Assembly (NCBI GenBank): GCA_964270895.1
Contig: OZ185443.1
Length of the DNA: 64,000 nucleotides
Strand: one strand, 5' to 3'
From: Podarcis filfolensis
Lineage: Eukaryota
The position numbers were made by a program, and so were the translations under genes. This document shows positions 51,467 to 62,745 of this stretch, in pieces. The notes under the pieces are model-generated. The model was not told the origin of the DNA and made no database searches. It saw nothing but the letters and a program-made list of their open reading frames with translations. Each line of letters begins with the position of its first letter. The first letter of the stretch is position 1.

Positions 51467-53480
51467 AAGACCTTTTCATTTTAGCAGTCATTTTCCTCTG
51501 ATTTTTATAGTTATTTTCAGCATATATATTTTTAATTTTTTAAAATCTTTTGTTACTTGATAGTACACTGCTTAGAGACTGCACAGCTGCTCAGCTGTAC
51601 GTACATTGTTGAAATAAATAATAAAATAAAATAAACCTTCCATCTGTAAACAGTCAGTGGTGACAAGTGCTAGAAACTCACTAGACACCTAAGATGTTGT
51701 TGGAACTTTTAAATGAACAAATCTTATCCCAGCACCTTGGGTTTTGCACCTCTCTTTTCCACTATCATTGTCTCCCTTTTTGCATTCTGAATACCAGTGT
51801 GGATGCACAGCGATCTGTCCCCGAGATTTTCTCTGTCGTGTGAACACATGAGGATGAAACCAGAAACAAACCAGTTCTTGTATACAGAAGATGTCAATAG
51901 AACATCATATGCCATTGTCATATCCAGGCACGTTTGTCAGGAATCAGTGAGTGATTTCACCCATGCTCTTTTTGTTTCCCAGAATTACCATGCTGTGATC
52001 CTCAAAAATCTGATTTATAGAATAGGGTGGAAAACTGATACGACAAGGCTAAAGGTTCGTTGTTCCCCCTTTCAAGTAGATGTTCTAGATTAGTATTTGC
52101 AGGTGATAGTACACTAAACAATGGACTTATCCAGTCATCTTCATCACAAAGTGGCCATTTTCTGTATCGGCCAACAAGGCATTGGTGCCCCTTGCAGTCT
52201 GCCTCCTGACTTTGAATCTAGTTGTCATTGTTGCATTCCTTTTTGAAAACATTAGCTGTAAGCCGATTCCCCCCTTTTTAGCAAATATATGCCACACTCT
52301 GCATGGGATAATCAGACTTAAGAAACTTTGTTCCGTCAAGGTTTTTTTTATTTCATTTTTCTTTTTAATATATATATTTACTAATTCTGTGTCCAAAACT
52401 GTGAACTACATTAAGCAGATGTATTTCTGTCTCATGTGTGGCTGGACTGAAAAATGTGAATATACAAGGAAAGAGTCTGCAGTAAATCATATGTCAGCTC
52501 TTTTCACCTCACTTTTTTATTCTCTGTGTAAACAATGTAATTTGTTTAAGTTATTGTGAGTTTAGTTTTCACTTGCCTGAAAAAGTCTATTGTCTGATCA
52601 GTGGAGAGAGAGAGAAAAGATCAGTATATACTAGTGATGGAGGAGCAGGATTTGTTAGTGGAAAAATATATTAAGCCCAAAGTGCAAAAACTATAAAATA
52701 AGATGGTTTGCTGGGGTTTTTGGCGGGTTGCCACTCTGAATTGACTTGCTTAACAGCCAGTGAATTATAGTTGTGTAATTCAGGGCCAAATGAATAGAAA
52801 ATGTGATCTATTGGTCATAATATTTTTTTTGCACAAAGAAAAACATATCGCTGATCTAGAGAAAGTTGGTTATGTCTAAGGCAGTGAAGTGAGCCTGTGA
52901 ATATGCCAAACTTTAATTCATAGCTAGCCTATGTAGGCTTGTGCTGCACATTTTGTTAATTCCTAAAGGACATAGGTAGGGTGAACCTTTTCTAGAGCAC
53001 TGCCAATAACCACAGGGATTTCCCTATATATAGCCTATATAGGATAAATTCTAAACCTAAATAAGTTGTGTTCTGCTTCAAATAAAGAATTTAGCTGCAT
53101 TTATTGCATTTCAGATTTAAATGCACTGTCATTTTCAAAGAGTTGCTTGCAGTATAATGTACATGTGGCACTTAGAGACTCAGTAATTTATTGCAGCAAA
53201 GGCTTTTGTGGGCCAGAACCCACTTCATCCGATGTGCAAATTGGTTTCCAAACTGAATGAGTATTTCACAGTGCTCTGCTTAGTACAGTGGCATACATAC
53301 AGCTTTTCTTTTATTTATTTTACACTGCTTATCCTTTTGGCCTCAATTAAAAATATACATTTTTCATTTTCTTCTTTTCTAATATATTAACCTAATTCAA
53401 GTGATATTTTATGCGTCTAATACATGAGCTCTGCCTCACAAAAATATACACCATAAAAATAAATCTGTTGGGTGGTGTTT

Positions 53481-53572
53481 CAACTAAATTTTACTCACAG
53501 TGGAGCCATTGAAATTAATGGACCTACTTAGTCATTAATTTTAATGCATCTACTCTGAGCAAAACTTAGTTG
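53481..53572. repeat. Imperfect 40-bp inverted repeat (old MITE-like element)
   Basis: caactaaattttactcacagtggagccattgaaattaatg versus reverse complement caactaagttttgctcagagtagatgcattaaaattaatg, about 80% identical. Confidence 0.65.
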
Positions 53573-53754
53573 AATTTCGCCTGTTAAGGATAAGATAGGA
53601 AAATGAGAAGGTTTCAGACTCATTTTTGACACATGAATTGTTAGCAGCATTTTGTGCTGGTCTTACACCAAGAGTGTAAACCCTCTAGGTGATGGCTGTA
53701 GAATCAACTACTACTGCAATAGCCACTCACTGATTACTTATTCCTGTGCATATC

Positions 53755-54002
53755 TTATTGACCATAAACATTTAGGTTTTGTTTGGTAGGGGTTTGTTTA
53801 GTAAGTTCATGTGCTGCAAAACATGAGTGCATTGCATCCTTCTTCTCCCCTTGCAAAAGTTTGTGTAGCAGAATGTTCATAGTAATTATCTCTTCCCTTG
53901 TCAGAATGCTCTGAACCGAGCCGGGCTTCCTTACTCCAGGTTTAGGGGGTTCTGCCTGTTCAGAGTAAAGAATCTGTCTTTTGTTTTGAGGAAATGTCTT
54001 CA
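53755..54002 (-). other. Candidate terminal exon of an unidentified minus-strand gene
   Basis: aatcag|TG acceptor, open to TAA at 53755-53757: KTFPQNKRQILYSEQAEPPKPGVRKPG...NLNVYGQ*. Confidence 0.3.
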
Positions 54003-54429
54003 CTGATTTTTTAAAGAAGTAATATAGAAAAATATGTTTTACATAAACTTTCTTAAACCTAAACTTGCTGCATCTTTAAAGGCTAAATGGCCACATTTCT
54101 CCAGAATCTTCTCTCAGAGAAACTTGAAGATTGATTCAAATCAAAGAACAGAATAGTGTTGTGGCTTGAACCAACCCTGCCAGGACAAAAAGGCTGCAGG
54201 AGGACTTGGATTCAGCCCATACGCAGCACCTGGAAGAAACAGAGTACCAGTGATGTAATTGGCAACACTGAAATGATTCCCCTCAGTGTAGTGGATATAA
54301 AACAGCAGGGAATGTGTTTCAGAAGAAGAGACATCAAGAACCTGGAATCTAACACAGAAAAATGTGAGTGTGTGTGCACATTTGTATGCCAAGATTGGAG
54401 TGGATTTCCTTATGATTTAGCAAGAATCT

Positions 54430-55500
54430 CTTGCAGGACAAGGCATCAGACTTCCCATACCCTAACCCATATAAATAAGAAACCAGTCAGACTGGGTTTT
54501 GGGTAAAAACAGGCCACAGCTTTATTGACTACAGATGAAAAAGGTTTGGCTTGGGCATGGGGCAATCTTAATACTTCCGGCCCAGCTGCCAGAAAAAGAA
54601 GAAGAAGAAGAGTTTGGATTTGATATCCCGCTTTATCACTACCCGAAGGAGTCTCAAAGCGGCTAACATTCTCCTTTCCCTTCCTCCCCCACAACAAACA
54701 CTCTGTGAGGTGAGTGGGGCTGAGAGACTTCAAAGAAGTGTGACTGGCCCAAGGTCACCCAGCAGCTGCATGTGGAGGAGCGGAGACGCAAACCCGGTTC
54801 CCCATATTACGAATCTACCGCTCTTAACCACTACACCACACTACACAGAAGTGACGCTGGGGTTCCTAAGACTTAAATCAAATAGGGTGACCCCCACAGG
54901 GACTGTTGTCTGGGGGAGTGCCTTTGGCCCTGGCCCCCCTGGGCATGCAGACATGGCCACTCCCCCAGGATCCCTTTAATGGGATACCCCAGCGTTTGGA
55001 GGGGCAGGCGGGGGCTACAACCTCCCTTCCGTTGGAAACAAGGGATTGCCCCAATGCTCAACCAGTTGTGACGAATTGCTATGAGGTAGGCAGAACCACC
55101 GGGTCAGTGCCAATTAGCCTGGTGGGCAAATTCCTACCTGGCCCCGTAGGAAAGACAACCACCGTGGCCACACCGTGGCCTATCAGCGTAAACTGTGGGT
55201 GGAGGGGATGGGGGGGACCCAGTGCAGGAACACACAGGTCGTGCCCCAGGTGTGGGCTGCTTAAATGGGCAGGGGGCAGATCCGAGGGAAGCCCACTGTC
55301 TGCTCCATTGGCTCTGCCCCTGACTCCGCCCACGTCCCAGCCTGCATCCACATTCGCCAGTGCAGGGTGCAAGCTAAGATCCAGCTCCTGATAGGCGGTG
55401 GGGGCATATGCCCCCTCCACCTATCAGGAAGGGCACTGCCCAGTGAAGCCTCTTCCATCCAACAACATCGCCGCACCAAGAGAGGTGAGCGCACTTGGTT
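54430..55500 (-). mobile_element. Probable solo LTR-like element interrupted by a SINE
   Basis: GC-rich block; on the minus strand GC boxes and CCAAT (about 55305-55330), TTTAAG TATA-like motif (about 55260) and AATAAA (ctttattg about 54520) occur in U3-R-U5 order; TG...CA ends and TSD not established. Confidence 0.4.
54597..54842 (-). mobile_element. MIR/Ther1-derived SINE (Squam3-like)
   Basis: Minus-strand 5' agtgtggtgtagtggttaagagc (A box), gggaaccgggtt (B-box region), CORE motif gcccaaggtcacccagc, (TTC)n tail; looks little diverged. Confidence 0.85.
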
Positions 55501-55611
55501 CATTTTTCAAATGCAAGCAGACATTCAGAGGGAAAGAACTGTAGTCTCAATCTAATTTTTAATACACCAGAGTCCTTTAATATTTAATTTATGTCCCTGT
55601 TTACTATTGTA

Positions 55612-55737
55612 GAGATGGGGAACCTCTGACCCTCCAGATGTTGAACTACAGCTCCCATCATCCTTGACTATTGGCCAGGCTGGCTGGGGCTGATGGGAAT
55701 CCAGCAACATTTGGAGGACTGCAGGTTCCACATCGCT
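55612..55737. mobile_element. Degraded short palindromic MITE (related to 37304-37441)
   Basis: ctccagatgttgaactacagctcccatca...tgatgggaatccagcaacatttggagg. Confidence 0.6.
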
Positions 55738-55860
55738 ACACTCCCCAGGTCGCACCAGTGCCATATATTTTGAACACCCCTGTTAACAGTCATGGCTCCC
55801 CCAAAGAATCATGGGAAAGGTGGTTAAAGAGTTGTTAGAAGACCCCTTACAGAGCTACTA

Positions 55861-56102
55861 CAGTGGTACCTCGGGTTAAGTATTTAATTCGTTCCGGAGG
55901 TCCATTCTTAACCTGAAACTGTTCTTAACCTGAAGCACCACTTTAACTAATGGGGCCTCCTGCTGCTGCTGCACCGCCACTGCATGATATCTGTTCTCAT
56001 CCTGAAGCAAAGTTCTTAACCCGAGGTACTATTTCTGGGTTAGAGGAGTCTGTAACCTGAAGCATATGTAACCTGAAGTGTATGTAACCAGAGGTACCAC
56101 TG
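55861..56102. mobile_element. Tc1/mariner MITE, 242 bp, inserted in an older repeat
   Basis: TA|cagtggtacctcgggttaag...gaggtaccactg|TA; opposite orientation to the 4880 copy. Confidence 0.92.
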
Positions 56103-57170
56103 TATTTCAAGCACCTTTGACAAAACTGCAGGTCCCTCCAAGATTCTTTGGAGGAACCCAGGATTGTTAAAATGGTATAAGAGTCCTTTGAATTTATAGC
56201 ATGGATGTGACCCCTGTATGTATACTGATACAGAAAGTGCCCAACTGGGAGTCATCTAGAATAGGGTCTCCACTAATAATAACAACCCACCTTTGCCCCC
56301 CAAATAAAATTGCATATGGTAGCCATGTGCACTTTTATCATGCCACCTTGCATCAAAATAGGTTTCAAACACAACATCAAGAGGTTTTTCCTCAGTGCAG
56401 TGAGAACAGAAATGCAGTTGGTGCAGAGTCTTTCCATAGATTTATTGGCCTTTGGATGAGACTTCTAACAATAAAGCATATTCTATAGGAATCAGAATAA
56501 GTGCCATAGAGACAACTTCATTGTAATTCAGTTTGGAGTGGGCTTTTATTTTGCTGGATTTGTTATCCCCCTATGACTATGCAGAAAAGTCTTGCTTCAT
56601 ATATAATTGGAAAATTGCATTCTTTTCTTAATTCCAGTAACTTGATCCTCTCCTTTTTGGTCTTCAGACCTTGCTTATTTAGCTTCCAACTCCTTCATTT
56701 CCTTTTCTGTCTCTTCTAATCTGTCATTCAGCTGTCCTTTTTAGCTGATGCCACAGAGGTAATTTGCTTCTTATTATAGTCTTTAAATGAGTCCCATACA
56801 TTCAAAGCTGAACTATGATTGCTATTCTTTTCTGAAAGGCCCACCAGTCCTGAATCAGGTATATATCTCTTGCTTGAATTCCAGTGTTCAGCATCTTCTT
56901 GACTGAGTTAATAACTGATTGCTGGAGTGTGGTCACACATGGGAGATATATGTTAAAGTAAATAAATAACATAAATTGCCTGCTTTGCCATTTCTAACAT
57001 TTGCATTGCATGCTTTGAAAAATCTTAAGACTCTGAATATAAGAGTTTGAAAGTTCTGTGCTAGTATTTAAAGCTGCAGCCCTAAATGCACTTACAAGGA
57101 GTACCCCCCATTGAGCATTGTTTTGGGAATAGTATATTTCTTTTACTTCATAAATAAATATGTTACTCAC

Positions 57171-57276
57171 CTTTCATTGTGTGATCACAAACTGGGACAC
57201 AATGGTAGTAAAGCTCAATAAAATTATACCACCAATTGATAAGCAGTAAATCAGGCAAGAGTACATACTTAAATAA
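57171..57276 (-). other. Candidate minus-strand exon
   Basis: aaatag|TT acceptor and consensus AAAG|gtgagt donor; 106 nt. Confidence 0.3.
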
Positions 57277-58244
57277 CTATTTACAAAGATTTCATTCATT
57301 GTTTATTAAGTTCATATTCAATGTGAGTCTGAAGAGTCCATTCCATACTGTAGAAATCGGTTTTTGTTATTGGCTTCCTCATTACATACATCAGGAATCT
57401 CATCATCATCGTATATGATGATTAAATATCGTTTAAGTTTGATTTCTTGGCATATACAAATGCCGAAATGTGGGTCAGGCATGCTTTGATTGGTCATAGA
57501 GGACAACCACAGTCACACTGGAATTACTCAAATTGAAAACCTTGTGACTTGGGGGGGGTCATCTTCCCCCGCTTTGCAATTCCTCTTTACCCAACCAAAT
57601 TTAAACTGTAATTGAGTTGGATCTAGAGATCTGAATATGTTCACAAACACCCAAGTTATTAGAAAGACTTCGCTAAGTGGAGAATGCTAAAATATGTTAG
57701 CATCATTTCCCAAGATGAGACTGTGATATGAGACCAATAATCTTTCTATCTCCTAAAAAACTTACTGGGATCTGTCTCTTCCTCATAGGATGGCAGGAGA
57801 GTCTGCTGGATCTTGGCCAGCAAGCATTTAAGAGGAGAGAGATAGGCAGAAGAGAGTAGTACTGCTCAGGTTATACAGGCATACATTTGTTGAGACTGGG
57901 ATGCAGGAGCAGTACTGCTGAGCAATAGAAGTTTATAAAGAGTTCAAAAAAATGTCACTGTCCATAAAAGTACAAAACTGTTCTATGATGATATGGCAGC
58001 AAATGTTTTCCTGGTGGAAGTAAAGATTATTAAATTGTTTAAGAAAATAATATTTTTTATTTAAAAATGTAATTCAAACTGACTTAGATGGGGAATGATA
58101 GCTAAAATAGCTTCAATGGAAAATAGTCAATGTGTTGACCTGGTGGTTTCTGGTAGGGAAAACCCATGATGGACAGGCAAACTATGCTCCTGGGATTCAT
58201 GGCTTGCCAATTCTGGGCTCTGTCCACAAAACTGTCTAGGTCCA

Positions 58245-58449
58245 TCAGTGCAGCTTCAGGACATGTAAGTATGGTGCTTGTTTTATTCCAAAACTCTCAT
58301 TTTGAGAAATATCCTCCCAGGGATAATTCATTTTGCAAAACAGATTTCCATATGTGCCCACATTGGAGTAATCAACCCCTGGGACACTTCTTCCGAATGG
58401 TAAAAAAATGGTAGTAGTGTCAACTGCCAGAAAATTCAGGAAGACTAGT
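58245..58449 (-). other. Candidate minus-strand exon (phase 2 start, open to TGA)
   Basis: ctttaatttacag|A acceptor; only the phase-2 frame is open (LVFLNFLAVDTTTIFLPFGRSVPGVDY...); phase matches exon 60069-60191. Confidence 0.35.
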
Positions 58450-58864
58450 CTGTAAATTAAAGATAGCTGGAAATAAGTGTTAAGCACAGACTTTAAGCAT
58501 AGGGTTTAACGACTGCCAAAGCCAAGTGCTGAATTATGCAGGCTACAAAGAAGGAGTTGTCAGCATGGCTGGTGGTCAGGAATTATGGGAGCTGTAGTTC
58601 AAGAACATCTGGGGACCCAAGGTTGAGAAAGGCTGGTTTGGCATAGCAAAACGAATCGCTGGTGCCCAGAAATAATTCAACTCGAAAACTTTGCTAAGGT
58701 GGTCGGATGTTCAAAAGGGCTACACAAACTAAAGAGAGAGGTTCCACAGAAGCAAGTTCCTCATCTATTTGGTATAACTGGAAAAAGTGTAATCTACTCA
58801 TCTCTGTTTCACTGAGCCCACAAAGGCCAATGATCTCTGCTTAAGATGGTGTCTGGAAATGGAC

Positions 58865-59410
58865 ATGGAAGATACTTGGAATTTGGAAAGGACCTAGGCA
58901 GTCATGTAGTCCAACCTTGGACAGGATCTGCAATACAGGATGTATTTTGACAATTTATATAGTACTTAATTAGTCTCTAAACAATGCACAAAAACACATA
59001 CTGCTGTTCAGCATTTGCTTAAAACAGCTCCAGCAAGGGAGAGCGTACTGCTTGCCATGGTAGCCCTTACAATATCTGATGAGCTATCGTATCTGCTCTT
59101 TATCATCTTCTGTCAAACTGCACCACCCTGGTTCTTCTCCTTTGGATGTTCTGGTTTGTCAATGTCCTCCTTAAAACAATGTGCCTGGAACTGGACACAG
59201 TACTCTATATGTGACCTGTCCAGTGAAGAATAGAGTGGAAGTATTGTTTTTCATGGTCTGGACACTATGCTTTTGCTCATGCAGCCAAATATTGCATTAG
59301 CCTTTCCAGCAGCTGCATTGCAGTGCTGGCTCCTAATCTCTTCTGGCTTGTAATCAACTAAGATATCTAGAGCATTTTCACATTTACTGCTGCCAAGCCA
59401 TGTCTCTACG
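58865..59410 (-). mobile_element. Degraded CR1 LINE fragment
   Basis: Minus translation ...LDILVDYKP...SQHCNAAAGKANAIFGCMSKSIVSR resembles CR1 ORF2 (LGVLVDxKLxxSQQCxxAAKKANxILGCI); ggaaaggacc...gtagtccaacc 3' terminus near 58880. Confidence 0.7.
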
Positions 59411-60068
59411 GAGCATTTGCATACATGCCCTATAAATATTTGGTAGCACCATAGAAATATGCATGCCAGTGGGACATTTGTTGCCACAGGAAGCTGTGTG
59501 TACACAGCAAAGTTCCACAGCCTCTAGGAAATAACCATATTGGGAGGCCCTTTCTATTGACAGGAATGGAGAAGCAATTGTTACTATCTTAGGGATCTGC
59601 GTGACTCTAAATATTGGGCTAATATAAAATTCATGTTTTCAGACTTTCACACCATGAGTTCTTTTCTTTCTTTTCTACTTTAACAATACCCCAAGACCTT
59701 TTACAGTCAGGTTTTGGGTTGTTTGTACAGATGGTTAAAACATCCTGAAGAAGAAAAACTGCCAAGAATCTGTAACTACACGGAGTTTGATGACAGGCTT
59801 CAGTTTAGTTCAAATCCTACTGATATCTTCAAGGCTGGGGCCTATGTAAAGAGATGAGGGTAGCCGCAGAGGCATTTTCTTCTCCAAGCTATGCTGATAG
59901 GCTCTTTGCAGTAAATTTGACGAATAGAACTAAGAGGCAAGGACAGTAAGAGGAGACTCTGTATCCTGTTTCTCTTTCATCAGCAGCTTCCCAAGACTAC
60001 TTGCCAAGGGCAAGCAATTGATAGAAAAATGTGAATTTGATCTTGGTGCGGAAAAGCGTTTTGCATAC

Positions 60069-60191
60069 CTTCTGTAACCATCTCCAATATTAACAAAATT
60101 GCTTCTTATGCCATAGGAAGCCCATTTAGCAGCAAGATGGTCTGCTACTTTTTCTTGGGAACGCGTCTCAGATGGCGAACATGAATAGGTT
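60069..60191 (-). other. Candidate minus-strand coding exon (123 nt, phase 2 to 2)
   Basis: ttttcaataacactcag|A acceptor, GAAG|gtatgc donor, length divisible by 3, single open frame TYSCSPSETRSQEKVADHLAAKWASYGIRSNFVNIGDGYR, local CpG retention. Confidence 0.45.
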
Positions 60192-61218
60192 CTGAGTGTT
60201 ATTGAAAATAAACTTGGGTTTCTTTGAGGCAAGCAAAAGTATTTTATCCACCAAATTAAAACACCATGTCAATTCTCTGTTTCTAATATATGGTGTCCGT
60301 GAAACTGATACATTGTATTATCTTGATTTTCATGCTTATTGTCCCCTTTGCAAAATAGTCGGCATCAATAGCACTTTATTTGCTCACATTGTTTATATGA
60401 TTTCACATTTAGCAGGCCCATTGAATCTTTGTCAAGAAACACATAGTCAGATCTTCCTTTCTGGCAAAGGCTTCTTGTTTGCAGCAAACACTGACATACA
60501 GACTCCAGTATTTCTCTTGTTGTTGCATCAAATGTTATGCATATTTCAACCTCCTCTTAAAAAAAAATAGTTTTGGCCTAAAAGTTGTGCTCAGAGAAAA
60601 ATCTTCAAACATTTTCTCTTTTTCTCTCCATCCTTCTTTGTAATGGTAGCTTTCTCACTTGGAAGAAGCCTAACCATCTATTCCAATGTCTTTTATATGA
60701 AATGCTCAGCAGCTGATAAGAAAGTATTCACTTCATAATGCCCTGTTCTAAAGACCAGATCCTAACAACCAACATCAACACAGGTCACAGTGCCAGGGTA
60801 GTTGACATCTCTTGTGGCTTTGACCTGGAATCAGTCCTGATTCACTTCCACTTCCTTCAAGGGTTGATCACAGGCAGAAGAAGCTCCTTCATATATATCT
60901 AAAGATACAAAACAAATAAAAAATACTTCCATAGGTGGTATGGATATACAAAATTACTGTGGAGGAACTGAATTATGGAACCGTTCATATTCAATCTCAA
61001 AGTCAAACATGCAACCAAAGAGGAGTATCTTTCAAGATAGATTGAGGCTGCAATCCTAACTCCTCCTAAAGCCCAATTGAATTCTGAGTAGACAGGATTT
61101 GACTTGCAGCCAGAGTGACTTAAATCAAGTGCAGAGAAGACTGACAGCAGTTCTCTTGTATAGTATCTTCAAGTGGTATCTTATTTAAGAAGCTCTGTTC
61201 AGTGACAGATTTACTAAC

Positions 61219-61373
61219 CTCTGAGGTATAGTCCAAAAGCTGAAGTGACTTCTTTGCTGCAACAAAACTAACAGACAAAACCAGAATAACCCCTGAGTGG
61301 GTTTCATTTGGAGCATGGAAAGGCACAAAAATATTTACATAAGCTGGCATGGACTCGTGAAGAGAAGAGTCCT
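61219..61373 (-). other. Candidate minus-strand exon (phase 1 to 0)
   Basis: cttcttctctttaccag|AG acceptor, AGAG|gttagt donor; DSSLHESMPAYVNIFVPFHAPNETHSGVILVLSVSFVAAKKSLQLLDYTSE. Confidence 0.35.
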
Positions 61374-62419
61374 CTGGTAAAGAGAAGAAGCTCATGTTGG
61401 TCTGTTGTAGTTATAAACAGCTCCTAAAACAGAAGAAGATGGCATTCATCAAGTAATTGTAGAAGAACTAGAAATGGCAGCCAAATTGCATGATTTAACC
61501 AAATTCTGGCATATAAGATCCAGAATGGATCCTCGATTTATGACATAGATATAGGAAGAACATTTTGGACAAAAGTTTAGTTTGAACTAGACACAGCATC
61601 TAAATTTAATGTCCCTATTTTCCCTATTGGCCTTAAAAGACCCAGAAATATGACCCTCACTTGTTCCATCAGATCTCAGAGGTTGCTGTACTAAATCCAT
61701 AGAAATAAAGCAGAGTTATGTTATGAAATACCTGAGACATGAGTATCTTAAAGTTGGCAAGGAACATTTCTGTGCAGCATCGACAATCTTTGATAGGTTA
61801 AACTGGCATTGCCAGAAAAGAAAAAATACTGTGTTGCAAAAGGACATAAATATGCATAATGTTTGCATATGCTAATTTATATAAGAGAAAATTTAGGAAT
61901 CATTGCTATTATTTAAAGAGAAATACAGTGCAGATCCCCACCGTCACCCCCATGGGCCAACGTTAACAGGTAGATGGAGCCACACGGCTGTCAGTAATCT
62001 GACTTAATGATGACACACCAGGATACAACACCATCCCCTGCCCATCAGCTGAGGCCACCCAGTAACCTTATTTTAGGAAAGGCAAACACATCACAGTGGT
62101 CAAAGCTTTCATGATTGCCCTTTCCAGCTAAATAAATCTGCCTTCTAGTTCCCTACTCTCCCCCCAGTCCCTAAAAAACAAAACTTGTCTTAGTCCACAT
62201 CATTCCTTGCAACACAGGCTTCCAGTTTTCTCTCTTTAACACCCCTGCTTGTCTCCTCCATGCCATTTATAGGGCAGCCACTGTAGCTTGGACATGCAGC
62301 TCATCCCTGGTGTTTTGACCACACCCTTTTTTAAGCTGCTGGGATCACGTGCTGGTGGGACAACACTGAGACCAAGTACAGCAGTGCCACTATCCCCACT
62401 CAAACCCTTGCAAGCACAT

Positions 62420-62745
62420 TCAGGAAAAACAAAAGAAAATGCTTCTTCGTGTGATGCATAGTCTACTTATGGAATTCACTGCCATAAGATATGGTGATGG
62501 CTACCAGCTTATAAATGGCTTTAAGAGGAGATGAGACAAATTCATGAGAAGATAGATTGTGTCTCTTAATTCTGATGGCTGTACAGAACTTCCAGTTTCA
62601 AAGGCAATGAACCTCAGAGCAACAGTTGCTGGGGTGCAAACCATAGGGAAGGGGCTGTGGTCTTCCTAGAAGCATCTCTCTGACCACTCTTGGAAAGTCA
62701 GTCTTGAACTATAGGGAGCCAGATCCATCAGGGTGGTCCTCATAG
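62420..62745 (+). mobile_element. Degraded CR1 3' fragment
   Basis: tatggaattcactgcc...gtgatggctaccagc...ggctttaagaggagatgagacaaattcatg resembles CR1 ORF2 end and 3' UTR. Confidence 0.65.

Noticed and set aside
51613-51635. Cluster of AATAAA hexamers as the DCHS2 poly(A) site
   Set aside because: Preceded by gtacactgcttagaga..., which resembles an L2 3' end, so it is more likely a LINE tail; use as a poly(A) site is not excluded.
54770-54842. tRNA-like A/B boxes (also 9770-9843 and 4845-5140)
   Set aside because: These are SINE heads followed by SINE bodies and tails, with no complete cloverleaf.
54873-55555. ORFs of 161, 113 and 96 aa
   Set aside because: Expected in GC-rich LTR-like DNA; Pro/Gly-rich with no domain motifs or splice context.
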